Notes under the pieces: generated by a model | Databases searched by the model: none | What the model was told of the DNA's origin: nothing | The model's input: the letters and a program-made list of their open reading frames with translations, nothing else | Made by a program: the position numbers and the translations under genes | IMG/VR virus record: IMGVR_UViG_3300022181_000122 | Span: 1-24,859 of that record | DNA length: 24,859 nt | Source of the DNA: a virus | Taxonomy: Duplodnaviria; Caudoviricetes | Direction: 5' to 3' (one strand) | Shown here: one piece after another, positions 17,748 through 24,859 of the stretch | How positions within the stretch are numbered: position 1 is the stretch's first letter | Layout of the letters: each line of letters starts with the position of its first letter

Positions 17748-18065
17748 ATGACCATTGAATTAACACTTCTGATTTCCGGCTTAGGCTTAGCCTTTGCAGT
17801 TTATTCCGGCCTTGCCAATATACGCAGAAACCAAAGTGCGGATGATCGCAATGCCGCTTCTCAATTAACAACGGTGATTGTGAAGTTGGAACATATTAGT
17901 GCAGGAATCAATGAGATCAAAGCAGAGATGTCCGGAGTGAAAGCTGATATCAAGGAAGATCGAGAGAAGATCATCCGCATTGAAGAAATGGCTAAACAAG
18001 CACACACTCGAATTGATACTTTGGAAAAGAATCGTTCCGTGAGAGAGGGTGAATCCAGTGAATAA
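17748..18065 (+). CDS. Lysis-cassette membrane protein (one N-terminal TM plus coiled coil)
   Basis: Hydrophobic N-terminus then coiled coil ending AHTRIDTLE; position ahead of the holins. Confidence 0.65.
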   Translation: MTIELTLLISGLGLAFAVYSGLANIRRNQSADDRNAASQLTTVIVKLEHISAGINEIKAEMSGVKADIKEDREKIIRIEEMAKQAHTRIDTLEKNRSVREGESSE

Positions 18066-18273
18066 AGGTTACTTCTCAAAAGCAATTGTGGCCTTAGTGG
18101 TTTGCATCAATATTCTGTTCTCTGCTGCAGTGTTGCTGATTTTTTATAAGACCTCATCTGAGCCAGTAACCTTAATCGGTTGCTGGTTTGCTTTTACTAC
18201 TGGAGAACTCTGGATGCTAGCCGCGATTAAGAAAGCCAAAGTAAGAAAGGAGTCTCAAGATGGACAAAATTGA
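18058..18273 (+). CDS. Small two-TM membrane protein, holin-like
   Basis: Two hydrophobic segments and a basic C-terminus; GTG 18058 after GAGGG (alternative start 18049). Confidence 0.65.
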   Translation: MNKGYFSKAIVALVVCINILFSAAVLLIFYKTSSEPVTLIGCWFAFTTGELWMLAAIKKAKVRKESQDGQN

Positions 18274-18493
18274 TTGGGTAACAAAGCTATCTTCCCGAAA
18301 ATTTTGGGCAGCCGTCACAGGCTTTTTGACAGCCATTCTCACGATATTTGAGGTAGATAATCTAACCATAGAGCAAATCATAGGACTGGTTTCTGCTTTG
18401 TCAGTACTTATTGCCTATATTATTGGAGAAGGTTTGGTGGACTCTGCGCGTGCATCAGCTGGAACAGTTTCGTCTGAGGTGGATAAGGTATGA
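18260..18493 (+). CDS. Putative holin
   Basis: IDWVTKLSSRKFWAAV, two TM segments, AYIIGEGLVD; overlaps the endolysin start. Confidence 0.75.
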   Translation: MDKIDWVTKLSSRKFWAAVTGFLTAILTIFEVDNLTIEQIIGLVSALSVLIAYIIGEGLVDSARASAGTVSSEVDKV

Positions 18494-19173
18494 AGTTAAA
18501 GCAATACTACCTAACCGAGAACGATTGTTTCAAAGCCGGTCGTAAGATTACTGTTCAGGGGATTATGATTCACTCGACAGGGGCGAATAATCCTTACTTG
18601 AATCGCTATGTTGCTCCAGATGATGGCTTGTTGGGACAGAATCTATATAATAACCATTGGAACCAAGCGAAGCCAGGGGGACTTGATGTATGTGTCCATG
18701 CATTTATTGGTAAGCTCAAAGATGGCTCGATAGGCACTTACCAGACGTTACCCTGGAATCACAGAGGGTGGCATGCCGGAGGGGCTGCGAATGATACCCA
18801 CATAGGAATTGAAATCTGCGAAGATGGATTGGTGGATGCAGCTTACTTCAAAAAGGTTTACTCCGAAGCGTTAGAACTATGCGTTTCTCTTTGTAAACAC
18901 TATGGTTTAACTGAGAAAGACATCATCGGCCATTGTGAAGGATACCTGAGAGGAATCGGTAGTAATCACGCAGATCCGAACCATTGGTTTACGAAGCATG
19001 GTAAAAGCATGGATAGCTTTAGAATGGATGTGAAAGAGCGACTTAAGCTGATTACAAGCAGGAAGATCTATCGAGTCCAAGTGGGCGCTTTTAGCGAAAA
19101 AGGCAATGCAGTAAATCTGCTGACTAAGCTTAAAGCAGCTGGTTTTGGTGATGCTTATATTAAAAGTGAATAG
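18490..19173 (+). CDS. Endolysin: N-acetylmuramoyl-L-alanine amidase (Amidase_2 type) with C-terminal SPOR domain
   Basis: IMIHSTG, VHAFIG, GWHAG, IGIEICE, IIGH, NHADP; YRVQVGAFS...LKAAGF SPOR repeat. Confidence 0.92.
   Translation: MKLKQYYLTENDCFKAGRKITVQGIMIHSTGANNPYLNRYVAPDDGLLGQNLYNNHWNQAKPGGLDVCVHAFIGKLKDGSIGTYQTLPWNHRGWHAGGAANDTHIGIEICEDGLVDAAYFKKVYSEALELCVSLCKHYGLTEKDIIGHCEGYLRGIGSNHADPNHWFTKHGKSMDSFRMDVKERLKLITSRKIYRVQVGAFSEKGNAVNLLTKLKAAGFGDAYIKSE
19156..19173 (+). repeat. Endolysin 3' end TATATTAAAAGTGAATAG, imperfectly repeated at 21221-21238 (TACATAAAAAGTGAATAA)
   Basis: 15 of 18 nt identical with an exact 11-nt core AAAAGTGAATA; both copies read YIKSE-stop. Confidence 0.65.
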
Positions 19174-19275
19174 TAATGCCAGATGTAGAAGCGCATGCTT
19201 TAGGCTGTTATTAACAATTCGACCAATCCGAGTGTACATGTTGGCTCGTTAGTAGTAGAGACCGAAAAAATACTG

Positions 19276-19323
19276 TAAGTAAAACTCCAAGTGCCATTAA
19301 GATGTTTGGAGTTTTGCTTATTT
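19276..19323. terminator. Stem-loop between the convergent endolysin and HEPN genes, probable terminator
   Basis: TAAGTAAAACTCCAA (19276-19290) pairs with TTGGAGTTTTGCTTA (19306-19320). Confidence 0.6.
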
Positions 19324-19897
19324 AGTACGTTTCAATAAGTTCATTGGCAGTAGTAACTAGTTTTTTTAGATCTACCTTTTGCTCATCGCTACAATAATAG
19401 ACTGTAATTCGCTGATGATCTATCAAAAACTCAATAACCTTTAGGGCGTCTTTGATCACCAATAATAACCCTTCAATACCAATACTCCAAGCTTTGGGTA
19501 AATAATGAACAAAGTTCGTTCTAGCGCAATTCAGATTTCTAATATTGGCAGTAATAGTTCCGGATTTATCTATAAAAGGATTTCCTAACATGTGTTTAGT
19601 TTCTTTGCATTTGTGAAACAAATCATCGAAAGATAGCATTTTTGGATTTGGGTCAAAGCATATTTCTTGGGCGTTGGCACCAGCATATTCTTTTTTGAAT
19701 TCAATAATATCTAAGTTACTAGACCCTCTAAGCACCAAAACCATGAAAGCTTGTAATGCGTTATGAGTTGTTAACAATGCCCATTTCAAATTATACGAGT
19801 CTGGTTCCTTCTCACTAAGAAATCTCACTAACATTTTTAGTGCATTAGTAGCTTCGGTTACTTCCGTAACTCTGAAAAAGTATTCATGTTTTGTCAA
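19322..19897 (-). CDS. HEPN-like protein, putative RNase (accessory gene)
   Basis: Helical-looking 191 aa; R-x4-H motif RTNFVH (19522-19505) in LNCARTNFVHY; upstream helix WALLTTHNALQ; TTG start with SD AGAGGA. Confidence 0.65.
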   Translation of the reverse strand: MTKHEYFFRVTEVTEATNALKMLVRFLSEKEPDSYNLKWALLTTHNALQAFMVLVLRGSSNLDIIEFKKEYAGANAQEICFDPNPKMLSFDDLFHKCKETKHMLGNPFIDKSGTITANIRNLNCARTNFVHYLPKAWSIGIEGLLLVIKDALKVIEFLIDHQRITVYYCSDEQKVDLKKLVTTANELIETY

Positions 19898-19952
19898 CTA
19901 ATCAAATCCTCTCTTGAATGTAAGTGGTCTATTTATTAATTTCAACATGACT

Positions 19953-19981
19953 ATTGTAATTAGCATTGTGAAAGTCTGCAA
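19953..19981 (-). promoter_or_regulatory. SigmaA-type promoter for the HEPN gene
   Basis: Minus strand TTGCAG (19981-19976), 17 nt spacer, TACAAT (19958-19953). Confidence 0.55.
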
Positions 19982-20176
19982 GAGAAATTCCTACCCGGAC
20001 TGGGCTATTACTTACTGTTTTGCTAACCTATGCGGTATGTGGTACTTATTTCTGTGGTTACCCTTGCTTGCTACAAACAATAGCTGAGAGGTTTTCGACC
20101 ATGAAAACAAAGGTAAGCAACTACAATCTGATGAGTGCTGGAACATAATAATCGAGTGGGAGAGATTCACGATGCT

Positions 20177-20214
20177 AATAATAGAACCTCGGGCTGCATT
20201 TCGCATCCGAGGTT
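20177..20214 (-). terminator. Probable terminator after the HsdR-N gene
   Basis: AACCTCGG/CCGAGGTT stem (20185-20214) with inner TGC/GCA pairs, followed on the minus strand by CTATTATT (weak U tract). Confidence 0.5.
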
Positions 20215-20261
20215 TGTCAATGTTGACTAAGAGTGGTTAAAAAGTTGGGGCAGAGAAGAGA

Positions 20262-21077
20262 CTAATTCAACTCTTCTTTTTTGAGGGAATCAGTTTTCGA
20301 AGAATCATGTTTCGGATTGGGTTGTGTCTTCGGTTGACTTCGGAACATTTTGTCGACTTTCTTTTTTGCTTCAATAGCTTTGTCTCCGTCAAATACCTCT
20401 CTCTTTATAATCTCATCGACTAGGATCTGTTTTACTTCATCATTAGAGATTTTGGCATCAACTGCAAGCTTTTTTAGCTGTTTTCGTAAGGAATCAAGTA
20501 CAGTTTCTGATAGAAGAAGTTGTCCAATAGTGAAGCGATTTACCAACTGTTTTTGTAAATGAAAATCGTCCAATGAGGCTTTGCTTGATTTAACCATACT
20601 TTCTTTTGTTAAGTAATATAGTAATTCAAGATCACCCTGTTTCTTCACGTTTATTTTTGTAAAGTCAAATTCATAGACTAATTCTAAGTTGATGGGCCTG
20701 CCAAAAGTTATTTTATAGACCTTCCACTCAATACCATTTGTTAGAATTACCCAGTCAACACCTGAGTTTGAACCGTAGTCTGCTGCTTGCTTTGTGTGTT
20801 GCTCTTTAAGCACCATTCCAGCCGCTTTCACTTCAATGATTAGACGAATTACTCCATCAAGTTTGATTGCCAAATCACAGAAGGTATGTTTGATTGTTAA
20901 TTCTGATGTAATTTCTTCGAACTTATCATAACCAAAGACTTCAGATAAAACATCATTGATTATGACAACCGTATCACTCTCGTTAATATCACGATCGCGT
21001 GCTTTAGTTAGTATTGGCTGAAACTTTTTAATACCTGCTATAAGACGATCTGTTACCTTAACTGGAATGTTAAGCAT
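20262..21077 (-). CDS. Stand-alone HsdR N-terminal-type PD-(D/E)xK nuclease (accessory gene)
   Basis: NESDT, VFGY, CDLAI, IIEVK, QAADY, VILTNG.W motifs; no helicase domain; SD GAGGAGGG (21090-21083) before ATG 21077. Confidence 0.8.
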   Translation of the reverse strand: MLNIPVKVTDRLIAGIKKFQPILTKARDRDINESDTVVIINDVLSEVFGYDKFEEITSELTIKHTFCDLAIKLDGVIRLIIEVKAAGMVLKEQHTKQAADYGSNSGVDWVILTNGIEWKVYKITFGRPINLELVYEFDFTKINVKKQGDLELLYYLTKESMVKSSKASLDDFHLQKQLVNRFTIGQLLLSETVLDSLRKQLKKLAVDAKISNDEVKQILVDEIIKREVFDGDKAIEAKKKVDKMFRSQPKTQPNPKHDSSKTDSLKKEELN

Positions 21078-21101
21078 TCGAACCCTCCTCAAAAATTTAG
21101 A

Positions 21102-21130
21102 ATCATACTATATTTATTGGTTCAATTCAA
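21102..21130 (-). promoter_or_regulatory. SigmaA-type promoter for the HsdR-N gene
   Basis: Minus strand TTGAAT (21130-21125), 17 nt spacer, TATGAT (21107-21102); palindrome TTCAATATTGAA (21126-21137) overlaps the -35. Confidence 0.5.
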
Positions 21131-21246
21131 TATTGAAATATTAATATCCTTCAAAAAACCCAACACAAATTGTTGATTTAAAGGTTATAATCCCCTAGTA
21201 AACAAACATGGATTTTCGGATACATAAAAAGTGAATAAAGTTAACT

Positions 21247-21287
21247 GCCCCATCAAACCAAATTGGTTTGATGGGGCTATTTTTATT
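21247..21287 (+). terminator. Strong intrinsic terminator, probably the ancestral end of the lysis operon
   Basis: Perfect 14-bp stem GCCCCATCAAACCA-AAT-TGGTTTGATGGGGC followed by TATTTTTATT. Confidence 0.75.
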
Positions 21288-21359
21288 ATGGGGGTTAACT
21301 TTTTCGGCTTTATATAGAGGGATGAATCATTCCTACTTTTTGAAGCCGGAGGTAATCTT

Positions 21360-21770
21360 ATGACAAACTCACAAAAGCAGAAAATCGAAGCCATGCGAAG
21401 CGTGGGTAAAAGCTATACAAGCATAGCAGAAGAACTGCACTTACCATTGAATACCATTAAATCACACTGTAGGAGAAAAGGTCTCGGAGATGGATATATC
21501 GCGAAACAGACTTTGCGTCAGGAGGATGGAGTTTGCCCGAACTGTGGCTATCCTCTTACACAAACACCCGGAAAGAAAAGAAAGAAGTTTTGCTCAGACA
21601 AGTGTCGATCAGAGTGGTGGGCAAAACATCCGGAAGCGATTCGCAGAAAAGCTATTTACCGGTTCACTTGTGTGATATGCCATAAGGAATTCTCAAGCTA
21701 TGGTAATGCCAATCGCAAATATTGTTCGAGAGCTTGTTATGGTCAGTCCCGGAGTTTAAATCATGACTAA
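21360..21770 (+). CDS. HTH (sigma region 4-like) plus double Cys-cluster Zn-finger protein, putative regulator
   Basis: SYTSIAEELHLPLNTIKSHCRR HTH; CPNC...FCSDKC and CVIC...YCSRAC. Confidence 0.75.
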   Translation: MTNSQKQKIEAMRSVGKSYTSIAEELHLPLNTIKSHCRRKGLGDGYIAKQTLRQEDGVCPNCGYPLTQTPGKKRKKFCSDKCRSEWWAKHPEAIRRKAIYRFTCVICHKEFSSYGNANRKYCSRACYGQSRSLNHD

Positions 21771-21948
21771 GATGGATGCAGTGATTCGCTATAATGCGTC
21801 TCTAACGATTTTTAAGAATTGGCTTGCAGAAGGCGTCATTACTGATGCTGAGTTTCAAAGAATCAATGATCTTATGGCTACAAAATATGGTTTATCATTC
21901 TCTAGTATCTTCCTTAATAAGACTTGCTATTTATCAAGAAAAGAGTGA
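21763..21948 (+). CDS. Small SHOCT-like protein preceding the recombinases
   Basis: LAEGVITDAEF motif; overlaps the previous gene by 8 nt. Confidence 0.6.
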   Translation: MTKMDAVIRYNASLTIFKNWLAEGVITDAEFQRINDLMATKYGLSFSSIFLNKTCYLSRKE

Positions 21949-21975
21949 TAGATAGTCACACGAAAGGAGGATACT

Positions 21976-23283
21976 ATGAAACGAAAAATCACAGTCATTG
22001 AAGCACAGCAGCAGGGTATGAAAAAGACACGTGTTGCAGCATATGCTCGAGTTTCCAGTGGAAAAGAAGAGATGCTCCATTCTTTATCTGCACAAGTTAG
22101 CTATTACAACAACTTGATTCAATCAAAACCCGAATGGGAATTAGCTGGTGTTTATGCTGACGAAGCAGAGACCGGAACCCGTGATACTCGACCGGAGTTT
22201 CAACGCTTAATCTCAGACTGTTGCCAAGGGAAAATTGATATGGTTATAACTAAGACCATTAGCCGTTTTGCTCGTAATACGATCACCCTACTAGAGACGG
22301 TGAGATCACTCAAGAAGCATGGAGTCGATGTTTACTTCCAAGAACAAAACATTCATTCCATGAGTTCAGACGGTGAGTTGATGCTGACCATCTTGGCGAG
22401 TTATGCCCAGGAAGAAAGCCGAAGCGTTTCTGAGAACTGCAAATGGCGTGTTCGTAAAGTGTTCAAAGAGGGTAAGTTATCTAGCAACGTTCGACTTTAC
22501 GGTTATGACTTCAAAAAGGGCACCTTAGTCGTCAATCCAGTAGAGGCAAAAATAGTGAAGATGATTTTTGCAGACTATCTGGATGGATTGGGCCTGAATG
22601 CCATCACGAAGAAGCTAAATCGAGCGCGCATAAAAGCAAAGAACGGTGGTACCTGGTCCGAGATGACCTTATCTGGGATGCTTAGGAATGAGAAGTACAA
22701 GGGCGATTTGTTATTACAAAAAGGATATGTGGTAGATCATCTTACCAAACGATACAAAACGAATAAAGGGGTCTTGCCAAGGTATTATGTAAAGCAGTCA
22801 CATCAGTCAATCATTGATGAGGTGACTTTCCAGAAAGTTCAAGCTGAAATTGCTAGAAGGGTTGAGTTGTACCCTGTACGAGCAAATACGCAGAGTGAAT
22901 TCAGCCAGATGATTCGTTGTGAACGTTGTGGTGCGAGTTATCGCAGAAAGACTAGTGGAAGTGGGAAATATGCAAAAGTCGTCTGGGTCTGTGCTACTTA
23001 CAAGACGAAGGGGAAAAAACACTGCGATGCCAAAAGAATCTCCGAGGAAATCTTGAAGGTTAAATGTGTAGAAGCACTTCAGCTAGCAACCTACGATAAA
23101 GAAACCTTTATAAGCAAAATAACCGCCATCTCACTACCAGATGACGGGTTGATACGATTCAAATTCAAAAATGGAACCGAGAAACTCCTATCTTTGGAGA
23201 ACCCATCGAGACGGGAGAGTTGGACAGATGAGATGAAACAGAAAGCCCGAGAAAAAGCTAAGGAGGTCAAACGATATGGCTAG
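21976..23283 (+). CDS. Large serine recombinase 1
   Basis: VAAYARVSS (catalytic Ser), TKTISRFARN, AQEESRSVSEN, recombinase domain (LRNEKYKG), Zn ribbon CERC...C..C; SD AAAGGAGG. Confidence 0.93.
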   Translation: MKRKITVIEAQQQGMKKTRVAAYARVSSGKEEMLHSLSAQVSYYNNLIQSKPEWELAGVYADEAETGTRDTRPEFQRLISDCCQGKIDMVITKTISRFARNTITLLETVRSLKKHGVDVYFQEQNIHSMSSDGELMLTILASYAQEESRSVSENCKWRVRKVFKEGKLSSNVRLYGYDFKKGTLVVNPVEAKIVKMIFADYLDGLGLNAITKKLNRARIKAKNGGTWSEMTLSGMLRNEKYKGDLLLQKGYVVDHLTKRYKTNKGVLPRYYVKQSHQSIIDEVTFQKVQAEIARRVELYPVRANTQSEFSQMIRCERCGASYRRKTSGSGKYAKVVWVCATYKTKGKKHCDAKRISEEILKVKCVEALQLATYDKETFISKITAISLPDDGLIRFKFKNGTEKLLSLENPSRRESWTDEMKQKAREKAKEVKRYG

Positions 23284-24859
23284 TGTGAGAGTGATACCGG
23301 CATCCCTGCCGACTATGTCAGCACAAACGAGAAATGCTTCCCACAAAAGACGAGTAGCTGCATATGCTAGGGTGAGCACGGATAGTGAGGAGCAGTTGAC
23401 TTCATACGAAGCACAGGTAGATTACTACACCAAGTTCATCCAAGCTCGTGCTGATTGGGAGTTTGTTGGCATGTATACCGATGAAGGAATTTCCGCTGTG
23501 AACACCAAAAGGCGAGAGGGTTTTAAGCAGATGGTGGCAGATGGGTTAGCAGGGAAGTTTGATTTATTGGTAACCAAATCAGTTAGTCGCTTTGCCAGGA
23601 ACACAGTAGATAGTCTTACCACTGTTCGCAAACTCAAAGAAAACGGAGTCGAGATTTGGTTTGAGAAAGAGAACATCTATACCATGGATAGCAAGGGTGA
23701 ATTGTTGATTACCATCATGTCGTCCTTAGCTCAAGAAGAAAGCCGTTCGATATCCGAGAACGTCACTTGGGGTCAGAGAAAACGTATGGCCGATGGCAAA
23801 TTCAACTTACCCTATGGTCGTTTCCTTGGGTACAAAAGAGGGAAAAATAGTTTACCTGAAATCGTCCCAGAAGAAGCAGAAGTGGTTCGAACCATCTTCC
23901 GGCTTTACATGGAGGGTAAAACGACTAATGCTATAGCTAGTATTCTCGTTCAAAGAAACATCCCCACACCCGGAGGAAAGAAACGGTGGCAGGAGTGTGT
24001 CGTAAATTCTATCTTGACGAACGAGAAATACAAAGGCGATGCGCTGTTACAAAAGACCTTCTGTGCAGACTTCCTCACGAAGAAAACGGTAAAGAATCAA
24101 GGCCAAGTACAACAGTATTACATTGAAGAAAGCCATCCAGCGATCATTGATCCAGAAGAGTGGGACCTGGTTCAATATGAAATGGAAAGACGCAAGAAAA
24201 TGAATATTCCCGGTCGCTGCAAAGGACCCATGGCGGGTAAGCTAGTTTGTGGAGATTGCGGAGGGTATTACGGTAGAAAGGTTTGGGCTAGTTACAAAGA
24301 AAACAAAACATACCGACAAGAGGTCTACCAATGTAATGACAAGTATAAAGGGAAGGATAAGTGCAGAACCACATTTGTCAAAGAGGATAGAGTAAAAGCC
24401 GGATTCTTGAAAGCGTTCAACTCACTTATGGCAGAAAGAAATTGTTTGATTGAAGACTGCAGACTTGCGCAAACCACCATTTGTGATATTACCGGAATCG
24501 AGAGTGAGCTTACTAAACTCCTAGATGAAGTTGAAGTCGTTGCAGAGTTATCCAGAAAAGCCATTGCAGAGAATGCTCGCGGTGGGTTGAATCAGGAAGC
24601 TTTCCAGAGGCTAAATGACAAATACCTAAAACGTTACACTCTAGCGAAAGCAAGGATCGACTTCTTGGAGCTGGAAAAGCAACGGTTAGTGGCTAAGTCC
24701 AAGATACTGGATCGTTTTATTTATGATATAAAGGATAGACCTTTGGTAATCGACGAGTGGGATGAGCCACTTTGGATTGCGGTAATAGAGAAGGTCGTAG
24801 TGAACCTTGATGATTCGTTGAGCTATGTGTTTAGGAATGGGAGGGAGGTTGTGAGTTAA
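23276..24859 (+). CDS. Large serine recombinase 2 (integrase-type, with coiled coil)
   Basis: VAAYARVST, TKSVSRFARN, AQEESRSISEN, LTNEKYKG, CGDC...C..C and a long C-terminal coiled coil. Confidence 0.93.
   Translation: MASVRVIPASLPTMSAQTRNASHKRRVAAYARVSTDSEEQLTSYEAQVDYYTKFIQARADWEFVGMYTDEGISAVNTKRREGFKQMVADGLAGKFDLLVTKSVSRFARNTVDSLTTVRKLKENGVEIWFEKENIYTMDSKGELLITIMSSLAQEESRSISENVTWGQRKRMADGKFNLPYGRFLGYKRGKNSLPEIVPEEAEVVRTIFRLYMEGKTTNAIASILVQRNIPTPGGKKRWQECVVNSILTNEKYKGDALLQKTFCADFLTKKTVKNQGQVQQYYIEESHPAIIDPEEWDLVQYEMERRKKMNIPGRCKGPMAGKLVCGDCGGYYGRKVWASYKENKTYRQEVYQCNDKYKGKDKCRTTFVKEDRVKAGFLKAFNSLMAERNCLIEDCRLAQTTICDITGIESELTKLLDEVEVVAELSRKAIAENARGGLNQEAFQRLNDKYLKRYTLAKARIDFLELEKQRLVAKSKILDRFIYDIKDRPLVIDEWDEPLWIAVIEKVVVNLDDSLSYVFRNGREVVS

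Larger units (their letters stand above)
1..24859 (+). mobile_element. Prophage (temperate siphovirus): packaging, head, tail, lysis and integration modules; extends beyond the left edge, attachment site not seen
   Basis: Canonical gene order terL-portal-protease-capsid-neck-tail-TMP-fibres-holins-amidase followed by two large serine recombinases. Confidence 0.95.

Noticed and set aside
20012-20206. 64-aa minus-strand ORF between the nuclease genes
   Set aside because: Starts inside a terminator-like hairpin, has no SD and no recognisable protein features.
20262-21077. Complete type I restriction-modification system
   Set aside because: Only the nuclease-like domain is present; no helicase motifs, hsdM or hsdS in the window.
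19174-21359. CRISPR mini-array or tandem-repeat antitoxin RNA in the intergenic regions
   Set aside because: No regularly spaced direct repeats were visible.
193-24564. Numerous short antisense or alternate-frame ORFs from the track (e.g. 15323-15724, 17257-17682, 18907-19239, 21185-21394)
   Set aside because: They overlap well-supported phage genes or regulatory hairpins and look like shadows of coding-strand codon bias.

Overview
This window is the late half of a temperate, HK97-fold siphovirus prophage, most likely from a Bacillota (Clostridia-like) host. The + strand carries terminase large subunit (5'-truncated), portal, ClpP-type prohead protease, major capsid, head-fibre/neck/tail genes, a frameshifting tail chaperone, tape measure, a Tal-like hub, four fibre/receptor-binding genes and a lysis cassette. 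It ends with an HTH/Zn-finger gene, a small ORF and two tandem large serine recombinases. Two AT-richer two-gene accessory cassettes interrupt it: a GIY-YIG-like nuclease plus a lipoprotein between terL and portal, and a HEPN-like protein plus a lone HsdR-N-type nuclease after the endolysin. Each cassette gene has its own sigmaA-like promoter. Both cassettes are bracketed by short direct repeats overlapping the upstream phage gene's stop codon, with a terminator hairpin directly after the second copy. Other notable points are an apparent intein C-terminal junction (THN|S) in the TerL Walker A motif at the window's left edge, a tail-tip protein resembling the glycine-rich ectodomain of animal ALK/LTK receptor kinases, and no recognisable Dit gene. 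All family assignments come from reading motifs by eye; no database searches were run.
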